This document shows, piece after piece, positions 20,154 to 29,294 of a DNA stretch of 64,000 nucleotides; the stretch's first letter is position 1, and each line of letters starts with the position of its first letter. The notes under the pieces are model-generated. The model saw only the letters and a list, made by a program, of their open reading frames with translations. It was not told the origin of the DNA and did not search any database. Location: assembly GCA_026396515.1 (NCBI GenBank), contig JAPLWQ010000001.1, positions 564 to 64,563 of the forward strand, read 5' to 3'. Source of the DNA: Candidatus Magasanikiibacteriota bacterium (GTDB lineage: Bacteria > Patescibacteriota > Patescibacteriia > Magasanikbacterales > GWA2-37-8). A program made the position numbers and the translations under genes.

Positions 20154-21119
20154 CTAGTCAATATTTAATAAAACAATTTCCGGTCTGGCGAACAAGCGCA
20201 GTGGGGCGCCGGATTCGCCGGCGCCAACGGAAGTATAAATTGGGATGTTGTGGAAATAATTCAACCCGCGATAGAAGCTTTTGCCTAAAATTATTTGTGC
20301 GTCGCCGAGCGGACCGAAAAAGGGAATCCATATCTGCCCTCCGTGCGTGTGGCCGGCGAGGATGAGATCCGGTGCCGGCAGATTTGTCGGATAATACAAA
20401 ATGCCGTCCGGATTATGAGTGATATATATTAGTGGAGTTTCATTATCCCAATTTTTTAAATCAGAAAAGTTTGGTTTATATTTCCAAATGTCATCTATGC
20501 CGAAGAGACAAATTTTTTGTCCCTTAATTTCCGGGCAATCAAGCGTATTACGCAAAAGAGGAATGCCGAGAGTCTTCATCCGGTCAATCAAAAGCTGTGA
20601 ACGGTCTCCGGTATATTTTTCCGGTTTGTTCCGTACCGTTCCGCCGATGCCATATTCATGGTTGCCGAGTACATAATACATGGAAAATTTTCCGATCAAT
20701 TTCCGCAGGGGTTCAAGATACTGGCTTTCGTCTTCAAAAGTTGCTTCATTGTCAATTAAGTCGCCGCCGAAAATCACCAGATCCGGATTAGCCGATTCAA
20801 TACGAGCTACTATTTTTTCAACCCAGGCCGTTTTCTTGTGATTACCGACCTGGATATCGCTGATTAAGGCGATTTTTAAATTGTTAATTTTGCTGTTTTG
20901 AAGAGCAACAGATGTTGTTTTTAAGATAAACGGTTCTGTGAGAGTTGAATATATTACCGTCAGAATGCCGACTGCCAGAATGGCAATAAATATTCCGCTA
21001 AAAAATTTATAACGGCCGAAAAATAATTTCGGATTTTTGCGGTCACGAAAAATATACCAGATCACCAGGCCGGCGACTAAGGCATAACCATAAACAATGA
21101 TGAGTAAAACTATATTCAT
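20154..21119 (-). CDS. Membrane-anchored metallophosphoesterase (YkuE-like)
   Basis: Two N-terminal TM helices; SDIQ, GDLID, GNHE, THNPD, AGHTHGGQ. Confidence 0.92.
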   Translation of the reverse strand: MNIVLLIIVYGYALVAGLVIWYIFRDRKNPKLFFGRYKFFSGIFIAILAVGILTVIYSTLTEPFILKTTSVALQNSKINNLKIALISDIQVGNHKKTAWVEKIVARIESANPDLVIFGGDLIDNEATFEDESQYLEPLRKLIGKFSMYYVLGNHEYGIGGTVRNKPEKYTGDRSQLLIDRMKTLGIPLLRNTLDCPEIKGQKICLFGIDDIWKYKPNFSDLKNWDNETPLIYITHNPDGILYYPTNLPAPDLILAGHTHGGQIWIPFFGPLGDAQIILGKSFYRGLNYFHNIPIYTSVGAGESGAPLRLFARPEIVLLNID

Positions 21120-21237
21120 AGTGACGATATTTTACTACAGGCAGGCCATTATTTCAATATAAAATGAAAAGCCGGCGAACTGAACGCTCGCCGGCCTGAA
21201 TGTGCGGGTATATTTTTTTATCAAGGTGCGGCGGGCG

Positions 21238-21543
21238 TCAAGCGCATATTCTAGCTTCGTGTTCCTTGAAGAGAAAAACGCGCCCGTTTTTGGGGTAGCC
21301 GTGGTCTGTCCACCATCGAGCAGCTTCGGGCGCCATTTCGGACAGCGCGGCGATGGCTTCGTGCTGCGCCACAGCCCGAGCATTCTGGTAGCCTGTCGCC
21401 AGTTTACCGGAGAGCACTTCGACTGAGTGACTTCCTGTTCCGTCGATATACTGGCAGGGTAGCACCAACCCTACCCATTTTCGCCGTACCTCGAGTGGGG
21501 CCTCGCCGTCTGGAATCTCAGTGATTTCAATCAGGCATCTCAT
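21238..21543 (-). CDS. Hypothetical protein (101 aa) downstream of tRNA-Leu
   Basis: AAAGGAGGTG SD before ATG; PDGEAPLEVRRKWVGLVLP motif; minus-strand terminator at ~21167-21197. Confidence 0.8.
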   Translation of the reverse strand: MRCLIEITEIPDGEAPLEVRRKWVGLVLPCQYIDGTGSHSVEVLSGKLATGYQNARAVAQHEAIAALSEMAPEAARWWTDHGYPKNGRVFLFKEHEARICA

Positions 21544-21603
21544 TTTGCCGCACCTCCTTTGTTTGTTCGTTTTTTACAGGAACACACTGTGAGTGGCTAC
21601 TTG

Positions 21604-21685
21604 TGCCCGAGGAGAGAATCGAACTCTCATGGCCGAAGCCGCACGATTTTGAGTCGTGTTCGTCTACCAATTCCGACACCCGGGC
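21604..21685 (-). tRNA. tRNA-Leu(CAA)
   Basis: GCCCGGG acceptor, anticodon arm CACGA-CTCAAAA-TCGTG, long variable arm, GTTCGATT T-loop; CCA not encoded. Confidence 0.95.
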
Positions 21686-21798
21686 AAAATGTGCTCACAT
21701 TGTAGTAAATATAGGACCTTTTGTCAAATATTGGCCAATAAATGAACAATAATTTCTCTTTGATTAAATATATATTTATGGTACAATAATACCTAATT

Positions 21799-22563
21799 AT
21801 GCCTCCGGTAATATCAATTGTCAATCAAAAAGGCGGGGTGGGGAAGACCACTACTGCTGTTAATCTGGCCGCCGGTTTGTCTGAAGCCGGTAAGTTTGTT
21901 TTATTGGTTGATCTGGACCCTCAAGGCAATGCCACTTCCGGCTTGGGAGTGAAAATTGATGAGATTGAAGAGGGTTTATATCATACGATCGTCGGCACTT
22001 CCCGCATTCATGATATTGTGCGAAATACGGCGCACACCGGTTTGCGGGTGGCACCGGCAACGCCCGATTTAGCAGGTGCCAATGTTGAATTGGTAAATAT
22101 GGAAGGCAGAGAATCAAAATTGACCGATGTCTTATCCGAAGCGAAGCATGCCTATGATTACATTATTATTGATTGTCCGCCCTCGCTTGGCCTTTTAACT
22201 TTGAACGGTCTGGTTGCAGCCGACCATGTGCTCATTCCGGTTCAGGCTGAATACTATGCCCTTGAAGGGTTGGGTCAGCTATTAAAAACAATTGATTTGG
22301 TGCGAACAAATATTAAGCCGGAAATAAATGTATTGGGCGCTGTCTTGACCATGTTTGATTCCCGCAATCGTCTGTCGGAAGAAGTATTGCATGAGCTCTA
22401 CAAATACTTTCCTAATAATATATTCCGCTCCGTTATTCCTCGTACTGTTCGTTTGGCCGAAGCGCCGAGCTATGGTCAGAGTATATTTCATTATGAACCG
22501 AGCGGGAAGGGAGCAAAAGCGTATGAGCGTTTAACTCGTGAATTTTTAGAGCGTTTTGAATAA
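21799..22563 (+). CDS. parA: Chromosome partitioning ATPase ParA/Soj
   Basis: NQKGGVGKTTT, DLDPQGNAT, IDCPPSLG, RLAEAPS. Confidence 0.97.
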   Translation: MPPVISIVNQKGGVGKTTTAVNLAAGLSEAGKFVLLVDLDPQGNATSGLGVKIDEIEEGLYHTIVGTSRIHDIVRNTAHTGLRVAPATPDLAGANVELVNMEGRESKLTDVLSEAKHAYDYIIIDCPPSLGLLTLNGLVAADHVLIPVQAEYYALEGLGQLLKTIDLVRTNIKPEINVLGAVLTMFDSRNRLSEEVLHELYKYFPNNIFRSVIPRTVRLAEAPSYGQSIFHYEPSGKGAKAYERLTREFLERFE

Positions 22564-22580
22564 TACTATTTTTTTATTTT

Positions 22581-23444
22581 ATGTCATTAGGCCGCGGACT
22601 GGGGGCGCTTATCACCCCGATATCAAGGCAAAAAAAGGAGTATGAAACAGGAACCAGGCAAAGTCCTGTGGCAGACTCTTCAAAAATTTGGACTATTCCG
22701 GTGTCTGAAATTTTAGCAAACGCCAAACAGCCGCGTACGCATTTTGATCCGGAGGCATTGCAGGAATTGTCAGTTTCGATAAAGGAATATGGCATATTGC
22801 AACCGATACTTGTGGCTGAAAAGCGCGATGGCGGATATGAGCTTATTGCCGGTGAAAGGCGCTGGCGGGCGGCAAAATTGGCTGGGTTGTCTACTGTGCC
22901 GGCTTTGGTTAAACAACTGCCGGAGCTGGCTAAATTGGAAATTTCCCTGATAGAGAATATTCAGCGGGCTGATTTAAATTCTATTGAGGAAGCGTTTGCT
23001 TATAAGCGTCTGACTGATGAATTTAATTTGACTCAACAACAGGTGGCGGATAAGATCGGAAAAAGCCGGCCGGCGGTGGCTAATACTATCCGCTTGCTTG
23101 AGTTGCCGGATGAAGTGCAGAAGGCCTTAATTGAAAAAAGAATTAACACGGGTCAAGCCCGCGCCTTGCTGTCGTTAAAAAATGAAAAGGAACAGCTTGA
23201 TGCTTTGTCTTCAATGTTAGGCCAAAAAATTTCAGTGCGTGAATTGGAAAAAGTTGTGCAAAAAATGAAACCGAATGGTTTTGCCCGCCGTGATCCGAAT
23301 TTGGCGTATATTGAACAAAAACTTCGTGCTACTCTTGGCACAAAAGTGAATATATCGCAAAAAGGAGAGCGGGGGATAGTGGCGATAAACTATTACTCAA
23401 AGGAAGAGCTGGCAAGAGTGATAAAAAAAATTATTGGAGAATAA
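22581..23444 (+). CDS. parB: Chromosome partitioning protein ParB/Spo0J
   Basis: LGRGLGAL, QPR..F, IAGERRWRAA, ENIQR, HTH. Confidence 0.97.
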   Translation: MSLGRGLGALITPISRQKKEYETGTRQSPVADSSKIWTIPVSEILANAKQPRTHFDPEALQELSVSIKEYGILQPILVAEKRDGGYELIAGERRWRAAKLAGLSTVPALVKQLPELAKLEISLIENIQRADLNSIEEAFAYKRLTDEFNLTQQQVADKIGKSRPAVANTIRLLELPDEVQKALIEKRINTGQARALLSLKNEKEQLDALSSMLGQKISVRELEKVVQKMKPNGFARRDPNLAYIEQKLRATLGTKVNISQKGERGIVAINYYSKEELARVIKKIIGE

Positions 23445-23477
23445 AAAAATCGCCCCGACGTATGTAGGGGCGATTTT
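23445..23477. terminator. Bidirectional terminator
   Basis: AAAATCGCCCC/GGGGCGATTTT between convergent genes. Confidence 0.75.
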
Positions 23478-23480
23478 AAA

Positions 23481-24986
23481 TTATTTCTTTAGCGGCATTG
23501 GCAGGATCGTCGCCAGCCAATGTTTTTTTTGTGTGTTGAAGTATTGTCTGATATGCTGTTTAGCCACATGAGTTTTGACAAATTTCAGCCAGTCGCGGCT
23601 CGGGCCTTTGCGGTTTTTATCGACAATAACCTCAACTACATCGCCGCTTCGAAGCGCGGTATCAAGCGACACCATTTGATCGTTCACCAGTGAGCCGTTG
23701 CATTTATTTCCGATATCGGTGTGAATATGATAGGCAAAATCAACCGGTGTGGCATTTTCCGGCAAATCTATAACATCGCCGTTCGGGGTAAAAACAAAAA
23801 TCCTATTCTGAAAAAAATCAATTTTTAAAGAATCTAAGTCGGAAAGATTATTTAATACCTCCTTTTGAATTCGCGCCAGTTCTTTCGCCCAGCCGACATC
23901 TTTAGCCGAGGCTCTCGGCGGTCCTTTCTTTTCGTCATAATGCCAATGTGCAGCGATGCCGAATTCAGCCTCCTCATGCATTCCCAAAGTGCGAATTTGG
24001 AATTCCACTACTCTACCGTCATCGCAAAAAACAGTTGTGTGAAGTGATTTGTATCCGTTTGGTTTCGGTTGGGAAATAAAGTCCTTTATTCTTCCTTTCA
24101 GAGGCCGCCAAAGTTTATGAATAATACCAAGGGCAGCATAGCAGTCGCTGATTTCCGGAACCAATACGCGCACAGCAACAATGTCGTGAATTTGGTCGAC
24201 TTCCCAGTTTCTTTGCTTAAGTTTTTGAAAAAAACTGTACAATTTTTTCTTTCGTCCGTGAATATCGATCACTTTTAATCCGGCTTTCTTCAATTCGTTT
24301 TTTGTTTCCACCATTATTTTTTCCAAATACGGGCCCTCTTCAGCAATGGTTGCGTCGCTAAGTTCCTTAACTTTTTCGTATTCTTTCGGAAAAACATATT
24401 TAAATGATAAGTCCTCCAGTATGCCTTTGAATTCGCCCATGCCCAGACGGTTGGCAATCGGCGCATAAATCTCCAAACTTTCCAACGCTATCCGGTATTG
24501 CTTATTTGGCGGCTGAGCTTCGAGAGTAAGCAAATTGTGGATGCGGTCGGCAAATTTAATAATCATCACTCTGATGTCCTCGGCCATGGCCACAAACATT
24601 TTGCGCAGATTTTCGAGATAGCGTTCCACTCCGCGGTATTTTAGTTTTCCCAACTTGGTTATTCCCTTCACCATGTTGGCCACATCTTGGCCGAATTTTT
24701 TTTCAATTTCATCCAAGGTGATCCCGGTGTCTTCCGGAACGTCGTGCAATAGAGCGGCAATAATGATGCTGATATCGATGCGCATCAAGGCAAGAATGAA
24801 AGCGGCTGTCAGCGGGTGGATAATGTATGGCTCTCCATTGAAGCGCAATTGTCCCTTATGAGCGTCTGCCGCGAAATCATAAGCCAACCGTACCATTTCC
24901 AGGTCGGATTTTACGCAGTATTTTTTTAGTTCGTCGATTAAAGAATCAAGCGAAACATTTTTTGGCAGTACGATTTGATTTTTCAT
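23481..24986 (-). CDS. RelA/SpoT family (p)ppGpp hydrolase/synthetase, HD-SYNTH-TGS without ACT
   Basis: GEPYIIHP, LLHDVPED, KFADRIHN, PKPNGYKSLHT, EFQIRT, TPVDFAY TGS domain. Confidence 0.93.
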   Translation of the reverse strand: MKNQIVLPKNVSLDSLIDELKKYCVKSDLEMVRLAYDFAADAHKGQLRFNGEPYIIHPLTAAFILALMRIDISIIIAALLHDVPEDTGITLDEIEKKFGQDVANMVKGITKLGKLKYRGVERYLENLRKMFVAMAEDIRVMIIKFADRIHNLLTLEAQPPNKQYRIALESLEIYAPIANRLGMGEFKGILEDLSFKYVFPKEYEKVKELSDATIAEEGPYLEKIMVETKNELKKAGLKVIDIHGRKKKLYSFFQKLKQRNWEVDQIHDIVAVRVLVPEISDCYAALGIIHKLWRPLKGRIKDFISQPKPNGYKSLHTTVFCDDGRVVEFQIRTLGMHEEAEFGIAAHWHYDEKKGPPRASAKDVGWAKELARIQKEVLNNLSDLDSLKIDFFQNRIFVFTPNGDVIDLPENATPVDFAYHIHTDIGNKCNGSLVNDQMVSLDTALRSGDVVEVIVDKNRKGPSRDWLKFVKTHVAKQHIRQYFNTQKKHWLATILPMPLKK

Positions 24987-25045
24987 ATGCCTTAAAATTG
25001 AAGCCATATATGGCCCATTTTTTATTCTATCCTTAATTCCGGGTC

Positions 25046-25143
25046 TTGACAAGATGGATAATTTGTGCTATAGTATTCGCGTGATGTAAAGAACTTAGTG
25101 CTGCAAAACTCCGTGCCCTCTGGACACGGGGTTTTTGCTTTTT
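25046..25143 (+). ncRNA. Putative small transcript unit 1 (promoter + ~60 nt + terminator)
   Basis: TTGACA-17bp-TATAGT (TG extended) then hairpin GCAAAACTCCGTG/CACGGGGTTTTTGC and T run. Confidence 0.45.
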
Positions 25144-25203
25144 AGGCTTATTTAGCGGTAAATGAAATGTGCCGGACCCGGGGGAAAGTGGATCCTTTAT
25201 AAT

Positions 25204-25530
25204 TTGACGACATTTTATCGCCATGTTATATTATATCCGCAGCAGGCTTGGGCACATGTCGTAGCTCGGTTCTGTCCGTGGCGCCTCCTCCTGTTCTGTC
25301 AGCGCGTTCCTTTACATAGGCACAGCCCAAACCCGGGGCGTGTGCTCCTGACCCCTCCTCTCAAGGGGCTTGAAAGATTGCGCATGTTCTCGCATCAACT
25401 GATCATGGGGGTCGAAGAAGAAGGCTCCCATGAGCATCTGCCCTGCCCTCAAGCTTCGGCAAAAAAGATTTCTGTTCCTCGAGACATGTAACGGGTAGCG
25501 GCTCCTCGCCTTTGGGGGAGCCGCGTTTTT
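25204..25530 (+). ncRNA. Putative structured RNA unit 2 (~290 nt)
   Basis: TTGACG-17bp-TATATT (TG extended); GC-rich self-complementary body; terminator GCGGCTCCTC/GGGGAGCCGC+T run. Confidence 0.55.
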
Positions 25531-25555
25531 ATTTTAGTCCGTCGCGATTGCATCC

Positions 25556-25690
25556 TTGATTAATTGAGTAAAACGTGCTATATTGTTATTTGCAGGCGGC
25601 AATCGGCCCTTTGCATCACCATAGGCATTAAGGTTCGCCTTTTGCCCCTGCAATTAAAAAACCATTACTTTTTGTAATGGTTTTTTAATT
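25556..25690 (+). ncRNA. Putative hairpin RNA unit 3 (~65-100 nt)
   Basis: TTGATT-17bp-TATATT (TG extended); TTGCAGG..GGCAA / TTGCC..CCTGCAA stem; then AAAAAACCATTAC/GTAATGGTTTTTT terminator shared with topA. Confidence 0.5.
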
Positions 25691-25699
25691 GATAACTAT

Positions 25700-27913
25700 T
25701 TATTTTTTTGCCGGGCATTCCTTGTTTGAACAAACCGTGCTTCCTTTTTTACCGAATACCATTGGCTTTTTGCACGTCGTGCAGGCCTCACCATTCGGGC
25801 GGTCCCATAGAGCGAAGTCGCAATCCGGGTATCGGTTGCAGCCGTAAAATTTCTTACCGCGCTTGGTTTTTCTTTCAATGATTTCTCCAGTACCGCATTT
25901 TGGGCATTTTAGGTTCAGCTTGATTTCAATATTTTTAATATTTTTACATTTCGGGTAAGCGCTGCAGCTGATAAACGGACCGAAACGGCCGATTTTTCTC
26001 ACCATCGGAGCACCGCATTTGTCGCAGGCTTCATTGATTGGCTCTGCAGCCGGGGAAGCTTCTGCGCCCTCTTCTCCCGGTAATGGTTTTGTGTTTTTAC
26101 ATTTCGGATAGCCGGAGCAGGCCATAAATTTACCAAATCTGCCAACCTTGATAACCATCGGGGAACCGCATTTGTCGCAGACCTCGTCTGTTTTTTCCTC
26201 GGTCAATTCCTTTTTTGACAATTCTTTATCCTTAATTATAAGATTGTCCTTAAATGGCTTATAAAAATCAGCAATTATCGGTTGCCACTTTTTTTCGCCA
26301 TCGGCGATCTGGTCCAAATCTTCTTCCATCTGCGCGGTAAATTTAAAGTCAACGATATTGGGGAAGTGAGCGACCAGTAAATCATTTACCAGATAAGCGA
26401 TTTCGCGCGGAAAAAGTTTTTTCTTTTCGTCGCGCTCAACGTAGCCGCGGTCTTCAATGGTGGCGATGGTTGGAGCGTATGTGGAAGGGCGGCCAATACC
26501 GAATTCTTCCAACGCCTTTACCAGCGTTGCATCCGAATATCGTCCCGGCGGTTCGGTAAAATGCTGTTCCGGCTTTAGTTCCTTACAGTCTACTGCGGCG
26601 CCATTTTCAACTTTCGGCAAAAGATTTTCTTTGGTTTTTTCCGGGTACAATTTTAAAAATCCTTCAAACACAATATTTTGCCCGTTGGCGCGGAATGTAT
26701 AATTATTTTTTGATTCAATGTCAATGACGGCGTTATTTATTTTTGCCGGCGCCATTTGTGTAGCGAGCGCCCGGCGCCAAATGAGATCGTATAGTCTGTA
26801 TTGGTGGCTATCCAAAAAATCTTTTATTGTTTCCGGATCGCGGGCCGCTTCGGTTGGCCTGACCGCTTCATGAGCTTCCTGCGCATTTTTGCTTTTTGTT
26901 TTGAAAACGCGCGCTTCGCCGTTGTAATATTTTTCGCCAAACTCGCCGGAGATAGCAGTTTTTGCATCTTGCAGAAATTTTTCCGATAAATTCATTGAGT
27001 CCGTGCGCATGTAAGTGATTAAACCGACAGAACCTTCGGGCCCGAGCTCAACACCCTCGTATAATTGCTGAGCTACACGCATGGTTTGTTTTGCCGAAAA
27101 TCCCAAGCGGTGGTTAGCTTCCTGCTGCAGAGTGGAAGTGGTAAATGGAGGAGAGGGTTGGCGACTGGTCAGTTTTTCTTCGGTATTGGAAATCGCGTAA
27201 GATGCTCCTTTAAGGTCAGCCAATATTACATCAACAGCCGCTTGGTTTTTTAAATCCATTTTATCCAGCTTGCCTTTTGGCGTGGAGGTAAGTTTAGCGG
27301 CGAACGGATCTGTTTTTGCGGCGGAAAATTCCCCCTCAACGGACCAGTATTCTTCATGATTGAAATTTTTTATTTCACGCTCTCGCTCAACAACCAGCCG
27401 AACTGCCACTGATTGTACGCGTCCGGCCGATAGTCCTTTGGCAATTTTACGCCAGAGAAAAGGGGATAATTCGTAGCCGACCAAGCGGTCAAGAACACGG
27501 CGCGCTTGTTGCGCGTCCACCATTTTCATATCAAGTTTACGCGGGTTCTCCAGCGCTTTTTCAATGGCGTCCTTGGTAATTTCATGAAATGCAATACGGC
27601 TGACTTTTTTCGGATCAATGCCAAGCACAATTGAAAGATGCCAAGAGATAGCTTCGCCTTCGCGGTCCTCATCAGTTGCGAATAAGACCTTATCAACTTT
27701 AGCCGCCGCTGTTTTCAACTCTTTAACTATTTTCATTTTTTCCCGGCTGACCGTATATTGCGGTTCAAAATTATTTTCAATATCAATACCAAGTTCGCGT
27801 TTCGGTAGGTCGCGAATATGGCCAAATGAAGATTTGACCACATACTTGCTGCCAAGATATTTGGATATTGTTTTGGCTTTTGCCGGAGACTCAACGATTA
27901 CAAGTGTTTTCAT
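25700..27913 (-). CDS. topA: DNA topoisomerase I with C-terminal zinc ribbons
   Basis: LVIVESPAKAKTI, ATDEDREGEAI, SAGRVQS, LITYMRTDS, C4 zinc fingers. Confidence 0.99.
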   Translation of the reverse strand: MKTLVIVESPAKAKTISKYLGSKYVVKSSFGHIRDLPKRELGIDIENNFEPQYTVSREKMKIVKELKTAAAKVDKVLFATDEDREGEAISWHLSIVLGIDPKKVSRIAFHEITKDAIEKALENPRKLDMKMVDAQQARRVLDRLVGYELSPFLWRKIAKGLSAGRVQSVAVRLVVEREREIKNFNHEEYWSVEGEFSAAKTDPFAAKLTSTPKGKLDKMDLKNQAAVDVILADLKGASYAISNTEEKLTSRQPSPPFTTSTLQQEANHRLGFSAKQTMRVAQQLYEGVELGPEGSVGLITYMRTDSMNLSEKFLQDAKTAISGEFGEKYYNGEARVFKTKSKNAQEAHEAVRPTEAARDPETIKDFLDSHQYRLYDLIWRRALATQMAPAKINNAVIDIESKNNYTFRANGQNIVFEGFLKLYPEKTKENLLPKVENGAAVDCKELKPEQHFTEPPGRYSDATLVKALEEFGIGRPSTYAPTIATIEDRGYVERDEKKKLFPREIAYLVNDLLVAHFPNIVDFKFTAQMEEDLDQIADGEKKWQPIIADFYKPFKDNLIIKDKELSKKELTEEKTDEVCDKCGSPMVIKVGRFGKFMACSGYPKCKNTKPLPGEEGAEASPAAEPINEACDKCGAPMVRKIGRFGPFISCSAYPKCKNIKNIEIKLNLKCPKCGTGEIIERKTKRGKKFYGCNRYPDCDFALWDRPNGEACTTCKKPMVFGKKGSTVCSNKECPAKK

Positions 27914-27980
27914 AAGCGAAAGCAGGTGAGTAGAATGTCCGTAGAAGGCGGATATTTCCGAGCAGAGGAGTTCATATATG
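27914..27980 (-). repeat. Leader repeat copy A abutting the topA start codon
   Basis: 54 of 67 positions identical, ungapped, to 29149-29215. Confidence 0.85.
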
Positions 27981-28065
27981 ATCTTTCGGCCTTTGCCGCA
28001 GGGTCAATATATATGTTTGATGCCCATTATATTAGCCGAGAGGGGAGAATATGTCAAATTTAGCC

Positions 28066-29148
28066 CTATACTTTTATATAACTCGCATTTCCAATTCCCT
28101 TAGCCAGCCCTTTTATTTCCAGCATTGATAATGCAGAGCTTACCTCATTTCCCGGCCTGCCGGAATCCGCCGCAATTCTATCAATGGTTTTCGCTTCAGA
28201 GCTTAAAATTTGATAGATGGCCGACTGGTCGGGCGGCAATTCTGACTGGATTGCTTCGTTAGGCCTTTTTTCAAAAACAATCGCTATATTTAATGTTTCC
28301 AAAACGTCAGATGCTTCGCTTACCAATCGTGCACCTTGTTTAATTAGCCGGTTGTTACCTTCCCCGTTTATTACGCCTATCGGATGTGGTACGGCCAAAA
28401 CTTCTCGGTTATAGTCCAAAGCCATCCGGGCGGTGATAAGCGCACCCGACCCCTCGGGCGCTTCAATAACCAAAGTGCCCAGCGTCAGACCGGCAATAAT
28501 ACGGTTGCGGGCGGGAAATGTATATGGTGTCGGTTTGAAACCAGGAGGATACTCGGAAACAATCGCACCGCCGGAAGCAATGATGCGCTCGGAAAGAGAA
28601 CGGTGGCTGGCCGGATACAAAGTATTGCGGTCAATGCCGCCGCCAAGCACGGCGACAGTTATGCCGCCAACTTTCAGTGTTTCTTCGTGAGCTAAACCGT
28701 CAAGCCCAAGAGCGAGACCGCTCACAATAATCATGCCGGACTTAGCGAGGGGTGGTACAATCGCCGCGCAGGCGGCTGCGCCATATGGTGAAATTCTTCG
28801 CGTGCCTACCACACCCAGCGACGGACAACTTTCATCTGGCAGTGTTCCGCGCACAAAAATAGTATATGGCGGGTCGGAAATTTGTTTGAGCAGTACAGGG
28901 TAGGCCGGCTCGTCAATCGACACAGGCCAAATGCCTTCCTGCTCCAGAATAACAGCGGCTTTTTCGGCGGGGAAATTTTCGCGCCAGCTGACAAATTCAT
29001 GAGCCACGCCATCTTCCCAGCCGGCTTGGACCAAATCGCTGAATTCAGCTGCTCCAATTTGTGAATAGTCGGAAAAATAATCCGCCAGTTGTTTCAACCG
29101 GCGGTTAGTTATTTTTGGGAAGAAAGAGAAATTAACCAGTGGGTTCAT
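28066..29148 (-). CDS. dprA: DNA-protecting protein DprA
   Basis: YP.LLKQI.DPP, VVGTR, IVSGLALGLD, FPARNRIIAG, SGALITA; C-terminal winged helix; start at M37 of the ORF track. Confidence 0.96.
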   Translation of the reverse strand: MNPLVNFSFFPKITNRRLKQLADYFSDYSQIGAAEFSDLVQAGWEDGVAHEFVSWRENFPAEKAAVILEQEGIWPVSIDEPAYPVLLKQISDPPYTIFVRGTLPDESCPSLGVVGTRRISPYGAAACAAIVPPLAKSGMIIVSGLALGLDGLAHEETLKVGGITVAVLGGGIDRNTLYPASHRSLSERIIASGGAIVSEYPPGFKPTPYTFPARNRIIAGLTLGTLVIEAPEGSGALITARMALDYNREVLAVPHPIGVINGEGNNRLIKQGARLVSEASDVLETLNIAIVFEKRPNEAIQSELPPDQSAIYQILSSEAKTIDRIAADSGRPGNEVSSALSMLEIKGLAKGIGNASYIKV

Positions 29149-29215
29149 AAGCGAACGCAGGTGAGCGAAATATCCGCTAACGGCGGATATTTCCGAGCCA
29201 AGGAGGTAATATATG
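29149..29215 (-). repeat. Leader repeat copy B abutting the dprA start codon
   Basis: Direct repeat of 27914-27980; perfect hairpin GAAATATCCGC/GCGGATATTTC. Confidence 0.85.
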
Positions 29216-29294
29216 CCGCAGCACGATTCCACGGCAGCCTCATAGATTAAATTCAATAATTTTTTTTACTGTGCGGATCCGGTTGTGTAGGTAT

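Noticed and set aside
25162-25491. 109-aa ORF in the RelA/SpoT-topA gap
   Set aside because: It runs across a predicted promoter, has atypical composition and no motif; an RNA interpretation fits better, though a short peptide is not excluded.
29149-29256. N-terminal extension of DprA in the ORF track
   Set aside because: It overlaps the non-coding leader repeat shared with topA; the start is placed at 29148.
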